A stretch of 64,000 bases of DNA from a virus (lineage: Duplodnaviria > Caudoviricetes). Where the stretch lies: the IMG/VR virus record IMGVR_UViG_3300037454_000078, positions 1 through 64,000 of that record. One strand, 5' to 3'. Every line of letters begins with the position of its first letter. Within the stretch, counting starts at the first letter, position 1. The notes under the pieces were generated by a model. The model was not told where the DNA came from and ran no database searches. It saw only the letters and a program-made list of their open reading frames with translations. This document shows positions 27,038-36,339 of the stretch, piece by piece. The position numbers and the translations under genes were made by a program.

Positions 27038-27661
27038 TTAATATCCTTTGCCATGTTTGTTCGGGCGGGACTCGTTGTAGGCCATCTTGTGCTCTATGTG
27101 CCACTCGAGGTCTATTTTGTGGAAATCAGCGAAATCAAAGCACCATGCAAGAGAAGCACCAAGAAGGCAGAAAATGTCGTCCGCCGACGTATATTTGTCA
27201 ATACGGATTATAATCCTCGCCAATCCGTAGCATTGCTCGTTGATAGAGTCCTTACCCCAAATGTTAGCCCAATCGTCGCTTGTAGATGCTTCCTCAAGGA
27301 CAAGCGGCTCTATATGCCGTGTTCCCAAGAAATCGCATATACGGATAACGACGTCGGCCAATTCGTCCTCCAACGTGTCCTTGATGTGTTCAACAAAGCA
27401 CTTGTTGACGTATTCGGCGTATTCGGCATCGCTACCGATACGGATTTCCTCTAACGCCTTAAATGCACCAACATCGGCGCGGCGGTTCTTCCTATCCGCC
27501 TCCACCATCTCGCCGATTTCACTGATAACAAGCATCATCCAGTGCTCGTCAGAACGCTCCTCGTCGTGGAAGCCGTGCCCGCAGGCCGTTTTGTATGCAC
27601 GGCTGATAAACTCGTTGATTTTTTCTTTTGATACCATAATTCTCTTGTTTTCGTTAATCAT
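27038..27661 (-). CDS. MazG-like nucleotide pyrophosphohydrolase
   Basis: MLVISEIGEMVEADR and EDELADVVIRICD motifs, plus a C-terminal IDLEWHIEHKMAYNESR..KHGK.Y segment. Confidence 0.8.
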   Translation of the reverse strand: MINENKRIMVSKEKINEFISRAYKTACGHGFHDEERSDEHWMMLVISEIGEMVEADRKNRRADVGAFKALEEIRIGSDAEYAEYVNKCFVEHIKDTLEDELADVVIRICDFLGTRHIEPLVLEEASTSDDWANIWGKDSINEQCYGLARIIIRIDKYTSADDIFCLLGASLAWCFDFADFHKIDLEWHIEHKMAYNESRPNKHGKGY

Positions 27662-27706
27662 TGATTATATCCGTAACTCTCAAATAATTTAACGATTTTT
27701 ATAAAA

Positions 27707-28078
27707 CTAAAAAGGCAATTGACTATCGTCAGTATTCGCATTCTTCTGCTGCGGAGTATTCTGAGGTTGGGCGCTTGCACCCTGCTGCGGCTGCTGCACT
27801 CCACCAATCGTCGAGCAATAGTAACAGCTTGCCGTGGTGAACCAACGTCCCTGATACTCCCTCGACGTCACGTTGAACTTGACCAACACCTCGTGGCCGA
27901 CCACGACGGCGTTCTTCATCTTTTCGAACTTGTCGCTGCCCATGACCTCAAGGCATAGCTTCTGCTCGTACTGTCCGTCCATCCAGCTAACTACGAACTG
28001 GTGCTTCTCCCAATCTCCCCTGCTGCTCGTACCACTCTGCACTGGCAGCACTTCAATAATCTTTGCGTTTAACTCCAT
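27707..28078 (-). CDS. DUF3127-type SSB-like protein
   Basis: MELNAKIIEVLP..SGTS..G.W.K..FV...V.V.FNVTSREYQGRWFT, Q/P-rich linker, C-terminal LPF. Confidence 0.75.
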   Translation of the reverse strand: MELNAKIIEVLPVQSGTSSRGDWEKHQFVVSWMDGQYEQKLCLEVMGSDKFEKMKNAVVVGHEVLVKFNVTSREYQGRWFTTASCYYCSTIGGVQQPQQGASAQPQNTPQQKNANTDDSQLPF

Positions 28079-28106
28079 CTGTTATAATATATTTAATCTT
28101 TAATAA

Positions 28107-28229
28107 CTATCTCAATGCCAATATCACAAGCATTGCACAAAGCACGATGCACACAATAAACAAGCTGTGAGCAACCGACTCTAATGCGCACACGACGCGC
28201 TCTCTAAATTCATCACTCGGCATAATCAT
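28107..28229 (-). CDS. Small membrane peptide (40 aa)
   Basis: Manually translated MIMPSDEFRERVVCALESVAHSLFIVCIVLCAMLVILALR; coupled to the upstream ORF. Confidence 0.45.
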   Translation of the reverse strand: MIMPSDEFRERVVCALESVAHSLFIVCIVLCAMLVILALR

Positions 28230-28579
28230 CCACTACTGTCACAGTGCCAGTACAGGCTCAAGGACTTGCAGCACGAGTGGTGGTCTGTCTTAGCCCAACC
28301 GTCGCTGTGACTCTCAACTTCAAATCCATACTTCTCTCTCTGCTCCCAGAACGCCTTCATAATCAGACGAGGAAGCATGACGTCCAGCCACATGTGGGTA
28401 CTACTCCAAAAAGGAGGATACCAGCCGTTCTCGTAGCCAAGGTCGCCAATCGGGGCAAGCTTGCGCAGGTCACTAAGACCGAACAGACCAACCTTCCTCG
28501 TCAGTTCCCATTTCCGTTCCCTTGTCAAATACATAATATCCCTCTGTTTAACGTAAGTAAATAATGAAATTCGCTGCAA
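28226..28579 (-). CDS. Hypothetical protein (Trp-rich); true start probably internal (MYLTRERKW)
   Basis: First ORF after the promoter at 28577-28609. Confidence 0.55.
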   Translation of the reverse strand: MQRISLFTYVKQRDIMYLTRERKWELTRKVGLFGLSDLRKLAPIGDLGYENGWYPPFWSSTHMWLDVMLPRLIMKAFWEQREKYGFEVESHSDGWAKTDHHSCCKSLSLYWHCDSSG

Positions 28580-28609
28580 ATATAGACATAGTTCTTGAAA
28601 TATTCCAAA
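28577..28609 (-). promoter_or_regulatory. Promoter TTTG-N21-TATATTTG with palindrome TTGAAATATTCCAA (28595-28608)
   Basis: Read directly from the sequence. Confidence 0.75.
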
Positions 28610-29678
28610 TTTATAACACTATTTAATAGTATTAACTATTTTTTAGTAATACTATAACATAGTATACATTATATTAATGTATATACATATACACACACGC
28701 GCGTAAAATCAGCTCTTTTCTTGAAATCCATGGCAGAAAACAGAAGAAAACTGAACCCTAAAATAAAAGAAACGCGTTTTAAGGCGTCCTGAGACGTTTT
28801 TTCGACCTCAGACGATAAATTGTACTCAAAAACTATTTGAAGCCGCCAGAGAGCTCGAAAACAGCGTTTTTGACAATTCTGCATCACAACACACACTCTT
28901 TATCTCTGGGATTTTTATTTTTTCGTTTTTCTTTTTTTCTTTTTTGAGGAAAGGACTGTTTGCACCATATCTTTTCGCTTTGCGGTTCACCCCGTCCCCG
29001 TCTATTTGTTTTCGTCTGTTTTCGTACCTTTTAAGCCGTATTTTATCTGCTATCTTTTTAGGGTTAAAAATACGTTTTAAATACGTTCATTTATTATCAT
29101 TATCACTTCTTTTGCAAGTCTATAACAAAAACGCCAAAACGCCAACAAACTAAAAAACGTATCATTTTGGAAAAACAATGTACCAAAATTAAACATATCT
29201 AAATATTCACGCCTATCTATCTATTATCTTTTTATCTATTCTATTAACCAACAACTAACTAATAATCTATACTAACATATTATATTAATCTTATTAACTC
29301 TATATTAATTCTATACTATACTATACTATACTATTCTATAACTTTCGCGTGCGTACATTATTATAATAAAATAAAGTGTACTACTAATATAGTACACAGA
29401 TACAGTTTTTACGCTATAAAAAAAATATTAACATTACTGTAAATAATTCAGAAAAAATAAATATTTACACTAAAAAACTCTATTTTTTAGGAAAAACTCT
29501 CTATTTATTAGTGTTTCAGAAAATAAAAATTTTCTATAAATTACTAATATTAATTTACAATATACATTTTTTAAGATTTATATCAATATAAAATTAACAT
29601 ATTAAATCTTTCAAAACAGCCTTAAATAAAGGAATTTTGTGTAAAATATTATTTTATTTGTTAAAAACTTATTCTTAC
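28610..29678. other. AT-rich non-coding divergence zone; candidate genome terminus/packaging site and/or replication origin
   Basis: No credible ORF; long T tracts (28910-28945), CACCCCGTCCCC (28988-28999), several AT-rich inverted repeats; transcription diverges here and composition changes abruptly. Confidence 0.5.
29311..29340. repeat. (CTATA)6 tandem repeat, fifth copy CTATT
   Basis: ctatactatactatactatactattctata. Confidence 0.9.
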
Positions 29679-29709
29679 TTTGATATATGGAAAATTAACT
29701 GTACCTTTG
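29679..29709 (+). promoter_or_regulatory. First early promoter TTTG-N19-TACCTTTG
   Basis: Full Bacteroidota housekeeping consensus upstream of the ORF at 29749; lacks the palindromic operator. Confidence 0.75.
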
Positions 29710-29748
29710 CACCAAAATTAAGATAATAACAATTTAAAACATTAAGTT

Positions 29749-30033
29749 ATGAACACGAAGAATAAAAGCAAATATCAATATTTAGGTGAAAACCTTTATA
29801 ATGATACAGATATTTTTTGTTTGGTACATAAAGCCACAAGAATAGTATTTTTAGAATTTATTGCAACAGATTTTATTGATTATTGCATAAACAATAATAT
29901 TCGTTTTGTGGATTATTTGCAAAAAAGAAAAGAGTATATTTGTAAAAGCCGCAACTATTCGCCAGAGTTATTTGGTGTATCTTATAAAAATTATGGTTAC
30001 GAAACATATAATTTTAATTTAATGTGTGAATAA
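29749..30033 (+). CDS. Hypothetical early protein (very AT-rich)
   Basis: 94 aa, AAAACATTAAGTT-ATG leader, downstream of the promoter. Confidence 0.6.
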   Translation: MNTKNKSKYQYLGENLYNDTDIFCLVHKATRIVFLEFIATDFIDYCINNNIRFVDYLQKRKEYICKSRNYSPELFGVSYKNYGYETYNFNLMCE

Positions 30034-30091
30034 TGTATTTATTACATATATAGTCAATTTATAGTATTCATCAATTTAAAACATTAAAGTT

Positions 30092-30718
30092 ATGAAAACA
30101 AAGAATTTAAGCACAAAGGAATTTAACGAAGTAGTTAAGGGTGCAAAGGTGGAAATTAACGGAACTTTCAAAAACCCGTTTGTAGTGATTAACTTATTAA
30201 ATAAAGCCGTAAAAGGTGATTTTGCAAAGGTTGCAAATTGTGAGATTAATCCAGAAAATCTTAAAAAGGTTGCAAAGGTGTGCAAAGGTATGCACGCAAA
30301 TAGATACGCTTTTGATGTATGCTTATTTGAAAAAGATTCATTTGGGCGTTTTTGTGCGATGTCACCTTTTAAGGGCGCAAAGGGCGATTTATTTGCAGAT
30401 TATTACGACATTAACAATATGTCTGTATTAGTTTATACTGATAACAAAGGGCGTGAAATTGTAGAAAATGAAAAGGGCGATTTATACACGTGTGCGCCTA
30501 TCTCACTAACTATTAACGGCGTTTTTAACGCTTTTGCAAAGGTTGCAAAGGTGGACATTATCGAAAAAGATAAGGCCGCGAAAGAGTTTCAAAAGGCCGC
30601 AAAAAAGGCAGAAAGAATCAGGGCTACAAAGTTACGTGAACTTGACAGGGCAAAGGACAAAGGTATTATAACGGAATTTGAATATAACGAAAAACTAAAG
30701 TTAATAAAAGCCGCGTAA
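30092..30718 (+). CDS. Hypothetical early protein, Lys/Ala-rich with recurring AKV
   Basis: 208 aa, AAAACATTAAAGTT-ATG leader. Confidence 0.7.
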   Translation: MKTKNLSTKEFNEVVKGAKVEINGTFKNPFVVINLLNKAVKGDFAKVANCEINPENLKKVAKVCKGMHANRYAFDVCLFEKDSFGRFCAMSPFKGAKGDLFADYYDINNMSVLVYTDNKGREIVENEKGDLYTCAPISLTINGVFNAFAKVAKVDIIEKDKAAKEFQKAAKKAERIRATKLRELDRAKDKGIITEFEYNEKLKLIKAA

Positions 30719-31250
30719 AAGGGCTGCAAAGGGCTGCAAACGTACATAATATATTGGGGCGTACACTGCAAAAGTATTGCAGCCTACAAAAAGGGCGTTA
30801 TAAAGAGTTATAACGTACCTTGCACCAAATAAGGTGTACAAAGGGCGCAAAATGTATCTTTTTAGCGCAAAGGGCGCAAAGTTACTACCTTATTAAAAGC
30901 GCAAAGTGCGCAAAGGTAGTACAAAGGGTACAAAGTAGCAAACGGCGTAATTTTTGACAATTTGAAAAGAATCATTATCACTTCTGCGAAAAAGTGTTGA
31001 AGGGGTGTAATTACTTTTTGTAGGTATACGTGCACTTTAAAGAAATAAGCGTATAAACCGCAAAAGGGACAGGGAAAAGGCCGAAAAATCAAACGGGCGC
31101 CGTATCTATTAGCGTACGCGATTTGTAGGACGTATTAACCTTTGCACTGAATAATTATATACAAGTATCAAAGAAGTGATAAAAAGCATAAAGCGATAAT
31201 AACTTTATGGGTGATAGATATAACGGCAACGGAAATGCAAAAGGGCGCAA
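30140..31250 (+). repeat. Dispersed same-strand GCAAAG(G) motif cluster
   Basis: More than a dozen copies in coding and non-coding DNA, including the direct repeat GGGCTGCAAA x2 at 30721-30740 and AAGGGCGCAA at 30371, 30841, 30870 and 31241. Confidence 0.75.
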
Positions 31251-31512
31251 GTATGGCTTGTTAAATGTCTGGTAGCGCAAAAAAAGTGAAAGTGTTTCGT
31301 TAAAATTTAATCCAGAATTATAGTTAGCAAAATAACTGCATCGACTAACTCTTTTGCATGAAAGTGGATGAAATATAGCGTGCATGTGATGTAACGAAAG
31401 CGAACAAGTTCGCATGGCAGATTACTTGCATAAAGATATGCACAGGATAAAAGAGATTGTTGCATCGTAATTGCGTCGGCAGCATGCACGCACTAACCAA
31501 AATTTAAAAGAT

Positions 31513-33296
31513 ATGGCAAACTTAAAAGAATTGTGCGGAAGCATTCCGCAAAGCATCATTCACACCGCAACAAACTACGAAGTAGCAAGGCGCAAGGTTG
31601 CAGCGCACAGAAGGCAGCAGAAGGAATATAATGCACGCATGCAGGCTCTGGATATGGAAAGATGCATCTTCGAGCAGTGCAAACGTAGCCGCACACAAAA
31701 GCGGGTGCGCAACTCCTTCAGCACTGAGGAGGCTGGGCGCAGCGGCGGCGGCACTATAATTGCAACCATACGGAATAATAGCACACATATACACCAAGTG
31801 TGCAGGGTGTCGGCAAACAGATATTAATCATAGGAGGCACATACATCAATTTAAAACAAAAGCATTATGAGACAAAGAATCAAAAAGCAGGGCGCAGTCC
31901 GTGTAGGCACTGGCTATTGCCCGAAAGTAGCGGTATTGTGGGCAGTCGTAGTGGCTGGCGTAGTGTTGTTCCAAGACACAAAGCAGGTGTGTGACGATTT
32001 GTGTGTGCAGATGCGCATGCACAATCAGCGTGCAGAGGTCATAAAGTTATAGGAGGGCGAAATATGAGGACACGTGTATATCCAGCAGACGCAAGGGGCT
32101 ATTGTCTGAGAGGCTTCTGCCCGACCATCTGCAAAAGCATCGAGAAGGCACAGAGAGAGGCGCTTGAGCTGGAGTTCAGCCTGCGCAAGTACGGATTCAA
32201 GTATCATCACATAGTAATAGAGGAGGCATAACATGAAGTACATCTTATATTTCAGTTCGCGCAAGAACTTTGGCGACAAAAGTACGTGGAGCAAGGAGGC
32301 ATACCCGTCTGACGCGTCAATCCCCGAAGTCCGCAGGGCTGCAATGCTCGCAGGGTGCGAAGGTTTCGCAATAGTTAATTTCAAGACAAAGAAGACGCAT
32401 CACTTTGAGTGGTTTGTAAACGCATAGGAGGCATAATTATGAATACAGATAAATTATGGAATGTTCGCGATGAAATCATCTGCGAACTCGCTACGGCATC
32501 AATGAAGTTGGACAGACTGCACGTTGAATTGTGCGATGAAAGTCCGTATGAAGTGCCGAGCATTGATGAGATACGTGTGCGCATACTTTCAGCAATGAAT
32601 GCACTTGCACGTCTTGAAACGCACGTAAACGAATTTGGAACAGAAATTAAAAAATTGGAATCATGTTAGTAAGTGAGTTTATAGGTATGAAGAAAAGCAA
32701 AGAGCAAAAACGTGAAGAGGCACGAATGCGCCAGAATGCGCATAGTTGGCAGCGTGTGGACATTCCTCTCGACATGCCGTTTCTCGCAGGCGGTTACACT
32801 CAGACGGATTGGGATTGTCTTGTTCGTGGAAACATGAGTGACGACGAAATAGAGGCGCTTGACTATATGTGGGAGTCATGCGAGACACTTGAGGAGCAGC
32901 ACGACTATTTTAAAGACCAGTTGTTAAGTACAAAACCATATTGGGCATGATTACATTATCTATCATCGTGGGCATCGTCATGGTCGCAGGCGGTGCATGT
33001 ATATACAGCGACATGGAAAAAGAGTATCAATTTAAAAAGTAAGCATTATGACAAACAAGCAATTGAAAGAGCTGAAGTCACTCTTCAGACGGCTCAACGA
33101 GAAAAACAAGTGCCACGACAGAAAGTATGTGTGCATGGTTGAAAAGTATAAATATAACGGATATGCTATGAGCATAAATTTTGAGATTCTTTTCAGCACA
33201 GACCACGAAACCATCATGAAGTGGGTGTTCAAGAATGGACTACTTTGCAGAATCGGCCCACTCAGTGAGGATATTGCATACATGGGCATACAGTAA
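31513..33296 (+). CDS. Run of small early hypothetical genes (31513-31827, 31867-32052, 32064-32231, 32233-32427, 32439-32669, 32663-32950, 33048-33296)
   Basis: Tightly packed, co-oriented ORFs with A-rich ...ATTATG leaders; 31867-32052 has a hydrophobic segment. Confidence 0.6.
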
Positions 33297-33380
33297 ACGG
33301 CAGAAGGTGGGCGCAGCCACTATCGACACGCCCGCCACGCTGACAGACATCAATCGACAAACATCAAACATTTAAGCAAT

Positions 33381-34067
33381 ATGGCAAGAATATCACAAGA
33401 AGTTCGTGACTTAATGTTCACGAAAGCGAGAGAAATAGAGAGCCGTGACGAATACTTAAATTTCGTCAGCAACTACTGTGACAACAATAGCTTGGACTAT
33501 TGGCAGGTGTGGCAAGGCTGCGCACGTTCTTTCTTTTACATGAACGAGGAGCGTCGTATGCGTCAGCGCTGCATAGAGGCAGTAAACAACACGTTCGCAT
33601 ACTTCCCGAGTTACGACCTTGCACGCATGGAGCATTGGAGTGAGGAAGACATCGAGAAGAAAATCGAAATCGAAGACTGGGGTGGCACATGGGTGGTCAC
33701 AAAGATTTTTGGCATCGAGGTTGACGTGCATAACAGGGAGTGCAGATGCTTTGCACTACGTTGGAGAGAGGAAGACGAACGTGCTGACGGAACACCGATA
33801 GAGTGGAAGACACTGCTGACCACATTCGACTTCTCGACCATTAAAGAGGGCGACAAAGAAAAGAATATGGTGTGGTCTGGTGGATACTTCGCAGGACGTG
33901 AATACAACCGATACAAGTACATTCCGAGAGCCCTGTACTTCTCGCTCGAAGAGTTTATTGAGACATACAAAACGTTCGCAGACGAGCGATATGACGCAGA
34001 CAAGTTGGTCATGGTGGACGATACGCCTGAGCCAATCAACTACGACTATGACGACTACGAAGAGTAA
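33381..34067 (+). CDS. Hypothetical early protein (acidic, aromatic-rich)
   Basis: 228 aa, typical leader. Confidence 0.7.
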   Translation: MARISQEVRDLMFTKAREIESRDEYLNFVSNYCDNNSLDYWQVWQGCARSFFYMNEERRMRQRCIEAVNNTFAYFPSYDLARMEHWSEEDIEKKIEIEDWGGTWVVTKIFGIEVDVHNRECRCFALRWREEDERADGTPIEWKTLLTTFDFSTIKEGDKEKNMVWSGGYFAGREYNRYKYIPRALYFSLEEFIETYKTFADERYDADKLVMVDDTPEPINYDYDDYEE

Positions 34068-34101
34068 ACATATAGTATCAACATTTTAAAACATTGCAAC
34101 A

Positions 34102-34284
34102 ATGAAAGCAAAGGCATTTTTGGTGCTTGTCACATTGGCAAGCGGCATTGTGATTCCGTGCAGTGGAATCGGTGAGAACAAGGACGAGGCATTGATGGAC
34201 GCATGTTCGTACCTCGCAAGTACGGATTTCCCAGAAGAGGACATCGAGGACGTGGACGTAGTAAATCCAGACGACAACAAGTAA
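34102..34284 (+). CDS. Small protein with an acidic C-terminus
   Basis: 60 aa, ends EEDIEDVDVVNPDDNK. Confidence 0.6.
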   Translation: MKAKAFLVLVTLASGIVIPCSGIGENKDEALMDACSYLASTDFPEEDIEDVDVVNPDDNK

Positions 34285-34317
34285 ACAACAGTATTAACAA
34301 TTTAAAACAGAAACATT

Positions 34318-36123
34318 ATGGCAAGCAACGCAACTATCGCACACAGGTTTGCGAACAAAGACAACAATTTTGAGAGAGGACTGAAGGGTTCAAGTGTACA
34401 CATCGAGGGGCGCAACTACTACAGCTATTCGACTGTCTTTGGGCAGTGGGTGGATAAGAAAGTCTGCCTCGTGTATCACGGAGAGACAAGCATCACGTCG
34501 AACGGACATAAGTTGTGGGACGGCGACTTCCCGAAGGACGTGACGCTATTCCCCTACGATGACGGCGGCAGAGGGCCGTATTACAACAACTGGCACGGCT
34601 GCGACCTGCTCGGATGGCGCGGAGAGTTCGACTACGATGCACGCGTCCGACTCATGGACTATTGGGTAGGCGAGATATACGATGCACTTAATGCTATGGT
34701 AGGCGGCAAGAAGAAAGATTTGGACAGCAATGCCACGATTGTAATAGCAGAATATTGGGCATACGTGGAGAAGTTGTGCTCCATGTACAAGGACACGAGC
34801 GTCCCCAAGTGGCTCAAGAAGAAACGCATCGACATGGACGGCATGTGGAAGAAAAAGAAGGTCGTCGTGAAAGCCTTGTACAATGGTGAGAGAGGTGTCG
34901 AAGCGCTTGTTGATGCTGCCTTCGGTCTTGGAACGTACAAGAAATACTACAACTACTGCGCACGCTACCGCAAAGCAGCAGACAAGCGTGCAAAGGTTGA
35001 GGTATTGTGTGAGCGTCTTGGCATTGCAAGTCCTTATGAAAGTTGGAGTCGTGGACGTATGGACACAGGTCTTACAGCCGACCAGATTCGAAAGTTAAGT
35101 GCAAAGGAGCGTCTTGACCTGCACTTTGCAAGCATCATGCGTGACGATGAGCGCAAAGAAGAGAGTGCAGTCGAAGAGAAGTACAACAAGAACTTCCGCA
35201 ACGCTTACAAGTGGATTGTAGGTTTCGAGCCGAAAGAGAAGTGGAACGGCTACGAGAAAGATGTACACAACAACTGCATCAACAAGGACAACGGAGTGGT
35301 ATATGAGTGCAGTGGAGAATATATCTACGGATTCTACTGGTGCGATACAAGCGTGGCTTTCAACTACGATTCTTTCCGCAAGAGCGAGGACAAGGAGCAG
35401 TGGATTGCAGGATTCTATGCAAAGTGCAAAGAGGCTGCGATGAACCGCAAGGCAATCTGCATCCTCAAGCGCATCAATGCACACAAGAAAGAGAAGGAAC
35501 ACTCTTATGACGATGACGTGTATCTTAACGACGACTACCTGCGTGAGAGTACGACAGAGCCAGAGTACATCATCTGTTCTGAGTTCATAGACAAACAGGA
35601 CAAGCACTATGCAGACGAGGAAGCCCGCAAACGTGCTCAGGAGATTGAGCGTCAGCGTCAGGCAGAGGAGAGAAGACGCGAGGAAGAGTATCGTGCAAAA
35701 GTCAAGCAGGAGCAGATTGACGCTTGCCTGTCCCGTGGAACAGAAGGCGCACGTGACTTGTGGCGTCTGCATCTTGCGGAGATATACAAAGCAGAGGGCA
35801 TGAACGACACCATTGGCGACAAGAGTCACGATGACTTCTTTCTCGGTGGCAACGTCCTGCTTCGTCTCAACCTCGACAAGACACACGTGGAGTCGAGCAA
35901 GGGTGTGCGTGTGCCTGTGGCGGTTGCTAAGTTGTGGTTCAAGAAGGTCAAGCAGTGGCACGACGACCCTAAGTCGTTCAAGCCTATTGAGTGGAACACG
36001 AAGGGCAACGGCACTTACACGGTCAGCGAGTACAAGAACGACATCCTGACTGCTGGCTGTCACGACATCGCATACGCAGAGATGGAGCGCATGTACAACG
36101 AGATTGTGTCGCTCGGAATCTGA
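34318..36123 (+). CDS. Large hypothetical early protein, 601 aa
   Basis: Long ORF with typical leader and a coiled-coil segment (EEARKRAQEIERQRQAEERRREEE); no family recognised. Confidence 0.8.
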   Translation: MASNATIAHRFANKDNNFERGLKGSSVHIEGRNYYSYSTVFGQWVDKKVCLVYHGETSITSNGHKLWDGDFPKDVTLFPYDDGGRGPYYNNWHGCDLLGWRGEFDYDARVRLMDYWVGEIYDALNAMVGGKKKDLDSNATIVIAEYWAYVEKLCSMYKDTSVPKWLKKKRIDMDGMWKKKKVVVKALYNGERGVEALVDAAFGLGTYKKYYNYCARYRKAADKRAKVEVLCERLGIASPYESWSRGRMDTGLTADQIRKLSAKERLDLHFASIMRDDERKEESAVEEKYNKNFRNAYKWIVGFEPKEKWNGYEKDVHNNCINKDNGVVYECSGEYIYGFYWCDTSVAFNYDSFRKSEDKEQWIAGFYAKCKEAAMNRKAICILKRINAHKKEKEHSYDDDVYLNDDYLRESTTEPEYIICSEFIDKQDKHYADEEARKRAQEIERQRQAEERRREEEYRAKVKQEQIDACLSRGTEGARDLWRLHLAEIYKAEGMNDTIGDKSHDDFFLGGNVLLRLNLDKTHVESSKGVRVPVAVAKLWFKKVKQWHDDPKSFKPIEWNTKGNGTYTVSEYKNDILTAGCHDIAYAEMERMYNEIVSLGI

Positions 36124-36135
36124 TTCACTATCGAC

Positions 36136-36205
36136 GCGCGGTGGTCATGGCGACTAAGCAACTCTAAAGGTTGTGGCTGAGGGTTCGATTCCCTCGCCGC
36201 TTCAA
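36136..36205 (+). tRNA. Degenerate tRNA-like element; anticodon loop region CTCTAAA (TAA or CTA depending on register)
   Basis: Perfect T-arm GAGGG-TTCGATT-CCCTC, imperfect acceptor stem, 3-bp D-stem, anticodon stem GCAAC/GTTGT; no CCA. Confidence 0.5.
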
Positions 36206-36240
36206 TATGTTTGCTTAATGTTTAGATTGATGCTTTAAGT

Positions 36241-36271
36241 CCTGTGGGTGGTGGTGCTCATCATCCACAGG
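36241..36271 (+). terminator. 13-bp hairpin downstream of the tRNA-like element
   Basis: CCTGTGGGTGGTG-GTGCT-CATCATCCACAGG, followed by a weak CAATTTTCT tract. Confidence 0.5.
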
Positions 36272-36339
36272 CAATTTTCTAAACATTGGGCGACGAAAAA
36301 GACAATTCACATTATTAACAAATAAAACATTAAAGCATT

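Noticed and set aside
28900-29100. Chimeric assembly junction explaining the compositional break
   Set aside because: The same promoter/operator motif and leader style occur on both sides and GC recovers gradually to the right. It cannot be formally excluded without reads.
29220-29340. CRISPR-like or iteron array
   Set aside because: Only short low-complexity AT repeats, (CTATA)n, without unique spacers of regular length.
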